From the NCBI RefSeq assembly GCF_964355755.1, contig NC_092676.1, positions 17,316,871-17,380,870 of the forward strand: 64,000 bases of DNA, given 5' to 3'. The notes beneath the pieces are model-generated. The model made no database searches and was not told where the DNA came from. It was given only the letters and a program-made list of their open reading frames with translations. Position 1 is the stretch's first letter. Each line of letters begins with the position of its first letter. The translations under genes and the position numbers were made by a program. Of the stretch, positions 27,885-39,137 are shown one piece after another. Source of the DNA: Antedon mediterranea. Its lineage: Eukaryota > Animalia > Echinodermata.

Positions 27885-28190
27885 ATGAGGAGCTACGTAG
27901 TGTGTGGGTTAATGATATTTTCAACGTGGTTAGACTATGTATTTGGTGAAGACTTCAGTGACCAATTAGACAATGCGGCCACTAAACCTGGATATATGAG
28001 CAGTTTTGATGGAATTGTACGATTTAAAATGATAATAGAATCTATATTTATTTGCATACTTGCTTCAACAGTTTTTATCGGACTTGTAATGTGGGTGATA
28101 AAGACGAACTTTGACGAGAACCAACAGTCAAAAATGAGGCGGGAAGCATCAATACGCGAACGGCAAAACTCCACGGCTCACCAAGTTTAG
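27885..28190 (+). CDS. Probable small single-pass membrane protein (101 aa)
   Basis: ATG in AAGATGA context just after a CAG acceptor (27869-27871). Signal-peptide-like MRSYVVCGLMIFSTWLDYVFG, short ectodomain, TM IIESIFICILASTVFIGLVMWVI, charged tail ending AHQV. No family recognised. Confidence 0.6.
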   Translation: MRSYVVCGLMIFSTWLDYVFGEDFSDQLDNAATKPGYMSSFDGIVRFKMIIESIFICILASTVFIGLVMWVIKTNFDENQQSKMRREASIRERQNSTAHQV

Positions 28191-29545
28191 CAAAGACTAA
28201 GCCTTCCTTACCAAACCAAATGAATTATTTCTCAAATTTATGTAAATTTTTTTTCATCTTGACATCTTTACGATAGACGCAATAACTTTTTCCAGACTTT
28301 GTGATTTAATCATTATTTAATATTTGGTGGAGGTTCATTTTGAATATAATGTTATGTTACGCTTGAATCATGTGACTTGTTTTATAACATAACAAATCAC
28401 ATATTTATGATTTCGCATTTCTAGGTATTAAAATATGAATGAGATATCGAAATAATAATAGCAATGATATGCATTAATCAACATATTCCACATACAGATT
28501 CCTGTATGCATCATAATAGGAACATAACTCTCAAAAACACAACTTAAGTCTTCCATTGAATCGTAAATATTTGATACTATGCGTCTACCAGAATAACAGA
28601 GATTCATGGTGTGCCATGTTATTCGATTTTTGATTTGATTGCGTTCTTTTAATTTAATGAACTCTGTAGTATGTTACGGATGATTTTATTGGCGTTTATA
28701 AAGCACGTGCGAGCAAAATGGTCACAATGGAATTTACAGTAAAATAAAAAACGGTGCTTAAGAAACTTTCCCGATTTAGAAGAAGTTAGTTTTACTCCCA
28801 TAAATAATTATGGATACATGTGTGTCAGAATATAAATTAGGCCTATTGGTTTTTTTTTTGGTATTATAAGATGATAATATTATGATAATACAGTTTCTAT
28901 AAACCATTATGCCTATCGATACTTAATGGGAAAAACGTGACCAAAAACAAATGGAACCGATAGAGATTATCATCAGGTAAAAAAGTAATTCAACACAATA
29001 ATATCTGCATGTTAACATAATACCTTGATAAATTACTATTAATTTATTTTATTATGTGAAGGTAAACAAGTAATAGGTAAACAAGTATTAGGTCTATTGA
29101 AATTTTGGCGTGCTGCTATATGTTATTAAGCCATGCATGACTAATTAGCCAAGCTTACCCATGCATACCTAATCAAGCACACAGTGACGTTACGGTATGC
29201 CTATAGAACACAGAGCAATGAACCCAATGGCATTCGGTAGTATGCTACACATTTATATGGTGTTAGCATATTCAATCATTTTTTTAAATAACTACCTTGT
29301 CAACAAAGTGATTTTTGGTATTAAGTTCCCTACCCAACCTTCCTCCACCAACCAGCTTCTGTCCCCGGCTGTGTCCCTCTTGGGAGTTTACTTTTTTGAT
29401 TTAGTTAACTAACTTGTACAGTTTATTTTGATGATTCTTTTTTGTTATCATAATTTAGGCCTAAGTATAAAAATGTACTATTTTCAAATACAGTATTGTA
29501 CTCTAAAACTTGTTGTACTCTACAGCCAGTAATAGATCAGCATTA

Positions 29546-29643
29546 AGCCCTGTGTACACTATCAAAATTAGCTTATGAAAACATTGCGATCTTCGTGTCC
29601 ATATATGTCACATAAAGTTTGATAGTATAGTGTAGACAGAGCT
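29546..29643. mobile_element. Short Harbinger-like MITE
   Basis: TTA-AGCCCTGTGTACACTAT...ATAGTGTAGACAGAGCT-TAA. A related remnant lies at ~9848-9935. Confidence 0.55.
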
Positions 29644-30914
29644 TAAAATTCACGTTTTGAATTTCATTGATGAATGTATATCAGTTTCTGTAAACCATTA
29701 AAAAAAAACTAACCAATGTATATACAGTTTATTAAATAATAAAAAAAAAACCAAATCTTGACTAATTTGATTATTATTTTAAATTACAGTACACTCACAC
29801 AATCTAGTATATGAATGTCAACAAATTGTATTGATACCAAATTTCTGTAAAAAATAAAAGTGCTATAACGTTATTAGTTTTGAATGTCAGGGGTTTTGAA
29901 CATCGCTCCTACTTGCCAGTCAGCCGATGTTGCGATATACTTTACCAACCATCATGAGTTTATCAAGTATTGGTGTATGCCGAGAAGTTATCGCAACACC
30001 TTGTTTTTTACGCTCCATTTCTTTGTAGTTGGCGTCAAGATGCAATCGAACAGTCCCTATATTATCTTTCTCTTAAAGATAACCAGGGTTGTGTTTTAAT
30101 TAAACGTTTTGTTTGTTAACCTAACAACACGAATAATTCTCTAATACGTCTATCTTCTCCATGGTCTGATATTGTAATTTACGCTCCACTTAATAAAACA
30201 ACAAGGCGTACGTAGTACGTAGAGAAGTGCTTTGTTATTTAAAATATCTACATGATTCTATCTTAATATATGTAATTTAATAGATCGGGTAATATAACAA
30301 ATATAATTTGTTATTTTACACGATCTATTAAATTACATACGACTCGTATTTACATGTACTTATACCATTAACATGATTAATCAGATATTTAAACCACTAA
30401 GAATACGGCATTGTAAGAGCTGATGACACTGATCTTTGTTTTCTGTTTGAACCGTTTTATATAGGCATAGAAAATAGAGGCGATTTCAAAACGAAATACA
30501 ACTGATTTCGTCTTTTACTTCAGCGCAGAAGGCACAGCATTTTCTTGTTCATTCTTTGCAATGCTTCATTCAACTCATTTTAACTCATTCATAAACATTA
30601 ATGTTTAACAAACCACATGATATAAATGAAAAGAATATATACGTACGGAAACTTAAACATAATTTCTGATCATTCAGAGCCTACGTTGTCAATAATTCAC
30701 TCTTCCGTGGTCGAACTTACCCGTCAAACACGATCATTAATACGAAACTGGTTTTACTGATGATAAATAAAGCATGTTCTTCTATCTTCACTAAAATCAT
30801 ACCCAAAATGTAACTATATTTAAAATGTATAACTTTATCTCCCGATTGCTTGATTAATTCAATTTCCACATATTTTTAAATATTGTAAAAAAAGATTATA
30901 AAATAGACAAACAT

Positions 30915-31110
30915 TGATTGCTGCGTAGCAGCTATTCATATCATTCAGTGCATCTTGACCGTCCGTCACGCTTCGTTGCATGTCAGATTCGAAAGGTCAT
31001 GGTTTGTCTACAAAACGTTGGCCTAGGACGACCTAGGCAGAGTTTGACAGCTTTTTCTCTCTGCGGTAAAATCAATTATTGCAGGCGATGATAATTGTAC
31101 ACTGCATCCT
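30915..31110 (+). repeat. Dispersed ~190-bp repeat, unclassified; second copy at ~39230-39408
   Basis: Shared blocks GTAGCAGCTATTCATAT, TCACGCTTCG, TTGGCCTARGACGACCTAGGC, CTCTCTG, CAATTATT, ATTGTACA in the same order. Confidence 0.7.
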
Positions 31111-32154
31111 CCGTAATAGATATTTTGTTATCCAATGATAAGCGTTTTTAAAGGTGGGAGCCAATAATTAAATTTCTAACATTGTATCACCTTGTCAACT
31201 AATGTTGATGAATAGAAAATAAATGCTTAAAGTAAAATTTACCAATATAACCTGATTTTTTTTAATAGAATAATTTGATAATGTGTCTTGTTTCAGGCTT
31301 AAAACCTCTTTCAGTGGTTAGGGAATTTCTATGTTAATTAAACTAGATTTTATCCAAATGTTTAAAAATGTCCTAATCTATAATGGAACTCCTATTGGCA
31401 GAGTTGATTCATTGGTTACCCTCCGTTAAACTATACTTACCATGATGTTCTTAAAATATTTGCAAAACCTGTACTTATACAATGTTATTTAAGTGTCCTT
31501 TTTGCTTATCAAACACTCATTGAACCGTCTTGGAATAATATACAAGAACTTGTGTATACCGATAAACCAAACTATGCAACAAACTCTCAAATCACCGGGC
31601 CTAATAATAATAGTACTAGAGTAGTTAAATTGAAATTTAAAAAGAAAACAAATACCAAAAGTCCTTTACTTAGATAATTGTCTATTTACTACTTAAACAC
31701 ACATTCATGTTCCTGTGACTTTATACAGTCTATTTTAACGAGAGTTACACCCCATTTAGTATTCATCCATGCATGCAGCTAAGCCTAATTATTAATAACC
31801 TTTTTGATCAGAAAATATGTATTCGATTATTAAATGCAGCGATTACTCTGTATTTTGGGATGGAAAAAATATATTCATAGTGAGGGTCGTTAATAGTTTC
31901 AATTTAAAAAAGAATGTAATATAATTTAATAAAAAATAAATACATTTTAAACTAACACGTGTCTCACGAGTCTCTTCTTTTTGTATATTCTAAACTACTG
32001 TGAAACTAGAGGCCTTCATTATATTATGTAACTCTAAGATGTAAACTCATTCTCATTCTGGTTCACTACAAATATGGTGAACAACGATGACATCACTAAA
32101 ACATGGCAATTGTAAACAAAAGCAGATCTCCTTAGATGTGTGCATGTGGTAGAG

Positions 32155-32187
32155 CATAGAGATAATATTATAGTGAATATCTCTATG
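32155..32187. mobile_element. 33-bp micro-palindrome with 7-bp TSD (transposon footprint or minimal element)
   Basis: GGTAGAG [CATAGAGATA-ATATTATAGTGAA-TATCTCTATG] GGTAGAG. Confidence 0.8.
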
Positions 32188-33429
32188 GGTAGAGTTAAAG
32201 GTATGTAAAGAAAGAACCCCTGTAAAAAATACAGTAGGCCTACAACAAAATAATATATCGCATACATTATGCCTGGTACTGCTGTACGCCAATTTTCCTC
32301 TCCAAATGTAATCTGTCATATAGTAAGGGGAGAACATTTTGAAAATTTAACTTAAATAATAGGAATTCATAGCTTTACAAAATAAACACCGAGAACACCC
32401 ATGTATAAAACATAACGCCCCCAACGGTTGATTATTTGTTACCTCATGGAATTTTGAACGTCTCTTCATGCCCATCTATAGGTGGCAGTAGAGCTTTTTT
32501 GATTTCAGAAAAAAAAACTCTTTAAAAGTAATAAGCCTGTCATCCAGTGTACCAAAGACATACATACTGGCATATAGGATACTTTTCATTTTAAACTAAC
32601 TTCAAAATAATACCAATAATAGACGATCATGGGCGGCTGGAATGGTTTGAATAGCATAATTCATTATTAATAACTGTTTATTTTATATTCTCTTCTTGAT
32701 TTTATTATTTAGTATCAACCATTTATCACAATTCGAATAGTGTATCGTAGACATTATAAACAAAGGACATTTACGCATTACATTTTGTATATAGCATAAT
32801 AATACAGTAAACAATAGATGATTTCAGTAATATATTAAAGCATATAAAGGTACAGTATAATGCATGATGAACAAATATTTCATAGTTTGTGTTAAGTTGT
32901 AATCATATCATGATATCCCAGATGAGCAAAGAAAGATCGCCATTCTGTAATTATTTGACGTAACGTAAGCGTTGACATTTACCGCGATATTTCTTATCTA
33001 TACTAACGCCGTGAATCTGAACAAAACATTCATGTGATAGATTGTTTCAATGATAATATCAGTTTTTACGACTACGTATGTAAACTGGTAGACAACTGCA
33101 AAGAAATCGTGATCACTTCCTCTCTTTGGTTGTGGATCTTTTAATAGAAGGAGAACTTGTACGTATGTAATAAAATCGCAGCGATAGACGTATGTTTTAC
33201 TATTTCAACATTGATAGTAAACATCACTTTCTCTGTGTTATTAAACAGTAATATTATACTCATTTTATCTTTTCTCTAAACTCAATTAAATGATTTATCA
33301 AACGAAATGATTTTGCTGTGGACAATTCGTCTTCTTATTGTTGAACTTTCTGTTGACACGTTTCATTAAAGTTATACAAACAACAACTAATTGCATCATA
33401 TTCATCAGGATTCTTACCTTTACCACAAC

Positions 33430-35095
33430 AAAGAACAGAGTAAAAGGAAAATCATAGGTGAATTTGAAATGAAGTTTAATCTCATCGCTTTAAAACGATG
33501 TTTTGACCTCCTCTGCCGGGTGCACTCTGTTCAGGCTCGCCGTACATTATACGATGGATCCTTTTACTGGCATTCTGGATACATGTCCAGCCCATATCAG
33601 CTGTGATTAGTGTCGCCTCGATTCATACTGTAAATGCCAACTCTTTCAAGTATGTCCAATTTTGTGAGGTGATCCTGCCAAGAAATAAATGAATTATGTT
33701 CTTGTGTGTCTTTTTTGAGCTGCTGACAATAGCATAACAAAGCATCTTATTGCTTCGTAGACTTCGAATCTGGTTGATTGTCGGATCCAAGATTATGTCC
33801 ATATTTGAGCTTTCGGAAGGATGAACAGGCATTATTAAAGGGGGTTTTGTATTTCTTTGTCGATTCTGTTGAGTGTTACGGCATAAATCGGGATTGCCGC
33901 GGAAGGAAGACCGTGCTTTTCTGGTGCAGGCTTTTGATATTTAAGCAATATTCTAAAGGTCTCCTTTGCCACCTGCAAATGGCAGTTCTATAAAGAGCTG
34001 CTTGCTTTATGGTTTTGCAAGGGTAAAAATCCTCCCATCAAGACTTTGATAATAACTTAGTTGCTTTGGTATAATTATATGGAGCTTTATCAGAAAAACA
34101 GAAATAGAGTAGATAGATTTGAAGACACAACCCTATTGAGTTGACTTATATTTTTATATATTTAACTATATTTAACTAATTGCTGGTTACCATATGGAAT
34201 CAGGCCATTTATTCCAACATGAATGTTTGAGTAGAATATCTGGACATCTCTGATCCGTCTCAATGGACCAAAGAAAGCTCTTGAATATTTTTCATCAGCT
34301 AGGCGTGTAGGTCTGCTGTTTGCAGCCACCAGTCTTTTTAGTCGCGTGGACGCGACTCTATAGTTCACTATGTCGGTCGGTCGGTCTGTCGGTCTGTCGG
34401 ACTGTCTGTCGGTCCGGTATCACTATGCGTTTTAGCACGTGACTTATGGCTGTTGGCCTTGTTTCATTCTGCGAAGCCTTTACGCTGTAGCTTGCTGAGC
34501 ATCTTGCTGTTTACATTTTCTTCTGTATGAAACACTTATTTTTCTTTGCTGTTTCAAAAGATGTTTGTTTTATGGCAGTCAAAGTGTCATTTAATCTGTA
34601 CTGTGATTGGAATGCTATAATAAGAGCTTTCTCTCCAATTCTGTATGAAGAGAAAACTTGATGGTGTTTAGTTTTATTTTAAGTTTCAGATTTTATTGAT
34701 GCTAATTTTCAAAAGAGGCACGCACCATTTAAATACCAGTGGAGCACTCTAGTCCTCTCATTGCACTTGTTGAGGTAACATCTGCCATCTGACATCTTGT
34801 GATGATGATCTATATGATTTCGTTTCCAGAACAGTATTTGTTGTCTCTCATTTGAGAATCTGGTCTCTTTATAAAAGAGGCAGCAATAGAATACATCAAT
34901 GTTTAAAATGAAGTTCTGTGAGTATTTTGGGTGTGTTTTCTTTGGCTACCGTTACAGAGAATAGATCTAACTGGGGCTGGCATGTAAGGATGGGATAAGC
35001 TTTGTTTTCCTAACCATCACATTTTGTTTTCCTAGACCGCCTGGTAGACAACTGCTTGGATACCTCACCTGACTCATTTTTATCCATTGCCATAG
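33430..35095 (-). mobile_element. Decayed, internally deleted RTE-clade LINE
   Basis: Minus-strand remnants in the expected order: DVTSTSAMRGLECST (endonuclease end), KDWWLQ...ADEKYSRAFFGPLRRI, ISWQDHLTKLDILERVGIYSM, QLIWAGHVSRMP. Many stops and frameshifts; no RT core recognised. Confidence 0.8.
34335..34464 (+). mobile_element. HINE family 1 copy inserted in the RTE relic
   Basis: 5' palindrome AGTCGCGTGGACGCGACT, (GTCG/GTCT)n, subterminal CACGTGACT, end GGCTGTTGGCCTTGTTT; inserted in a T-run without TSD. Confidence 0.85.
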
Positions 35096-37489
35096 TCTTT
35101 CCCACCAAGTTGTTGAAGTAGCTGTTGCGCATCAGCTATATTCACTCTCTGAACCGTGTATACGGTGGACCACAATGTGCGATAACTGGCAGTGGCAGTA
35201 AAGTAAATCGCAAAAAAAATCATCTATGACTAAACTTAAAATAACTTTTTAAACAAATTGTAATAATTTCTTAAGACCCTGAGATGATTGATCCGTACGA
35301 ATAATCGGGTGCTTGGGTCAATAATGAGTTTTGCACTCAAACTGAACATGAATTAGAAATTCAGTAAGTGCATAATATGAAACAACTGATTGTTGAACTT
35401 GTTGTGAACTTATTGTGTTCAGAAATTATATAGCGAGTGGATACGGAGTCTACAGAGGGCGCTGCACATGTTTACATCAATGAATTTGTCAATTTTTATT
35501 TACATGACAAATGCCATGATATTTTATATAGCAAAGTGATACCTATCAAACGATTTTCCAACGCCCTAGCCTATGATAAAGCACTGCTTTCAATCAAACC
35601 AACACACACGCTCTTTGAACTCTATGTCTCTAACCGCGAACCTCTATGGAACGTTGCGAATCAAAGACGGTGTTAATATTTTAATCAGGATTAACAACAA
35701 TGTACCCGTGTCGTAAATCGCAGTCTGAGTGCTACATGAACGATTGACATGAACATGTCTGCGTTGAGGATTAATTGACAATAGCAAGATAGATGGACTA
35801 CTATTTTTAATTTAATGAAAATCGGTCTACGCAAAGTTAACTTTCTTACGACCGTAGTTTAAAGCAGTTGATAATATTAATAAAATATGTAATTTTTATA
35901 TAAACATTGTTCCGAAAACCTCCGAAAATTTAAAATTACGTTATTCTATAGAATATTATTAGGTAATGCATTTGATAATGTGTGTTTTAACGTATCCGTT
36001 GGTGTGTGCAGTGCAATAATTTAGTTTTAAATTGCGGCTAAGCAGCGCCATTTTCACAAATCGATGTGATTGATTTAAATTGTAGTGTCTGGTGATTGGC
36101 AAATTGTAAAGCGACCTCTATAGTACAAACACCCATGCAGAATATCTGCTGTGACATGCTGGAGACGCACGGTCGGCGTCAATTTAGTCGGTAAGTGCGT
36201 CATAAAATACTTCACCATACCTGTATGTGCATAATACATGTATGTTAAGAGTCGTGATCAATTTTTAATCAAATCAGGTAGGTCTATCATCCCATGAAGA
36301 TCTGATATTGTGCAATGCGTGTATGTATTCTGGATAAGTTCTTTAATCAAGATAAATGTTAAAATGTAACTAGAAATGTGTCTGTGCGTTTTACCTGATC
36401 ATTAATTGTTTCGATTTGTTTTCTTTAGTATAGTGTAGGCCTATTAAAGGCAAAAAAAACCAATTTTTACCAACAATATCCTATTTTAGTTAAAGGATTA
36501 GATTTCCTATATATCATACGTAACGTCATTTTTTTTTTGACACGATGACTTCATATTAATTGAGAAAGATAATTTTCTGAGCAAGAGCATTTTAAATTTA
36601 GAGAGAAACTCGTACTTGCGATGCACTCCGTTGAATGTAATGGTGATCTATGACAGAGAAAAAATAATTAATCAAAAGGTTGATTTTCATATAACGTCAC
36701 AACATTGTATAGGTCAAAGTTTACATTAATTTATATCAAAATCATTGAATAGAAATTGGTATCACACATTAATTGTGTGTTAAGTTATAACAAAAATGCC
36801 TTTTTTATATGAAAAACTGATGTTCGTATAACTTTCAAATATACTAATTAATTTATTATAATAATAAATAATAATAATAATAATCTTCCTTATAAAAAAC
36901 CCAATAATTTAAATAAATATATTAAAAATAAAAATAATAATATTACTTATAAAAAGACAAAATAAGCAGTTGAATTTAACAAAAAAACTGACTAATATGT
37001 GACATAAAAAAAAAAGAGATTATTTAAAAAAAAATTATTTTGTCAGTGGGCAATATCAAAAATTGTATATAAGAAAAGTACATTTTTCGAGAGGAGTTGT
37101 TGATATGTACAGTATTTGTTTTTATAACGCCTAAATAAATTTATGTTGGTTTTTACCTTATTAAATAGACTTGCACTAAGTCTGTAGTTAGTTCGATGTT
37201 TGTCTGAACCTGAAATCGGGCTCAAGTTGTATACGTATGAAACGCCATATGTGCCAAACTATTTATTTTTTACAAATATTAAGTAAAAACTCCGTCTTGA
37301 ACCCAGACTGCTTATTAAACTATACCTAAGTATTATGGATAATGGCACTAAAGAAACAGGTGGAATTACTGGACTGCTGGATTTCATAAACATGCCCGGG
37401 AAGCTTTTTTGAAGTGAGAGTGTGAGTGTGTGGGGGAGTGAGTGAATCTGGCAAACCCGGATGGCCACGTCTATGAAAATATAAAAATA

Positions 37490-38500
37490 ACTAGATCTAA
37501 TTTATAAAATGCCCTCAGAAAGTTTAAATCTAATGAAGAAATGTTAAGGGCGGACTCGATTGCCAGGTATTTTGACGATAAGGACTACAATAATAGTTTC
37601 TTGGGTAAGGTTAAGAAATCCAGCTTCGCCAATAACCAATTCCAACATTATAGGAAATTGCTAACGAGGAAAATGAAATGTGTGACCTATGGCGCGCGTC
37701 AACATTTCTCCGATTTATTTAACAGTGTTGACTCATCTGAACATAAGACCAGTGTAAATGAAGCTCTTGATAATTGTTTAGACAGTGAAATTTGTGCCTC
37801 ACCACATAATATAAAGCTATTAATTAAAAGATTGCCCAATGCCAAACCAGCTGGGTATGATGGTCTTTGCAGTGAGCATCCCAATTCGCCTCTCTGAGCG
37901 TCGTCTGTTTCAGCGAACGTACTTGTTTGTGTCATTTTGTTGTCGTTTTCTTCAAAATACGTTGTACGTTTCTGCGAGTACGTTCTATGTTTCTGCGAGT
38001 ACATTGTACGTTTCTGCGAGTACGTTGTATATGTCCACGAATATATTGTCAAATCAAATCAAATATTTGTATGTAAATGTAATTGTATTTTTGGCGGTGA
38101 TTGCATTCCATACAAACGACAATATCGATCTATTTGTATTATGGCCAACTCTCTACTAAATAGCAAGTTTGGTAAATGTTCTACTACGACTAAATGTTAT
38201 ATATTTATGTTGTATATACAGAGTTACTCTGTCAGGATGTGCACTGTTCAACTTATGGTGTAGATATAATACGAGCACTTTGAGATCATTGAAAGTATGC
38301 TATAACAATGCATTGCATTTGCTGCTGAAGCAATCTAGACATTGTAGTGCTAGCATGTTGTTTGTTTTAAATGTTTAAATGAGTTCCATAGAAAATATGT
38401 TTTCTGTTTCAAAAATCGTGTGAACACAAGTTGTAATTTTTTGAGCATGACCATTAATCGCCATGTTCTTAATGTGTCAAGAATACATAATACAGTGGAA
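37490..38500 (+). mobile_element. Decayed CR1/L2-group LINE with RT core missing
   Basis: Pre-RT peptides LRADSIARYFDDKDY and IKRLPNAKPAGYDGLCSEH. C-terminal peptides LWCRYNTSTLRSLKVCYNNA and HCSASMLFV. A 21-bp minisatellite (~37955-38035) sits at the junction. Confidence 0.7.
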
Positions 38501-39137
38501 TGCTTTGTTGCATTGATTATATTTATTGATATATTTTGTTATTCTGTACAACCTCAAATTTTCATTTTTTTGTTTGTTTTGTACAATGATTTCTTAGATT
38601 GAGCTTTTTTTTTGTTATGAAGGAATGAATTATGGTAACAAGAGAAAAAAAAATGAATGAAGATGGTGGTCATTGTCCGATTGTGTGAAACGAATAGGCG
38701 TTTATTTTAACTTAATATCATTCACTCATGAATATATATCAATATCATCAACATCAAAGCCATTGAAACTGGAGAAAATCAAAATAAAGAATGAACAATA
38801 AATTATTCATTTATAAATTAATTGTATTTCGCTTTTTAATTATTAATGACTTCCATAAATCTATTTACTGGCTGTGATGAACATGAATTATGCACGATTT
38901 GAATTTCTTTCAGCGAATCCTAGTTGAGAACTCTAGTAAAACCAGAACTTGTGATTTCGCTCTTTCCTGATAAAACATTGAAATAACAGAATATCAGAAT
39001 AAACAAGTCATCTGCTCGTTACACTCGATCATATACTAATTTGTACTACCACCGGGTATTGCAATCGTTATACTTATCGTAACACTTTATATTTTGAACG
39101 ACGTTTACATTTTGGACAAAATAACCAGAAATCCACT

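Noticed and set aside
36040-36195. YY1-like CGCCATTTT, CCAAT and a G|GTAAGT donor as the 5' UTR exon of the MAM-like gene
   Set aside because: Plausible given the CAG acceptor at 39126-39128, but supported only by short motifs.
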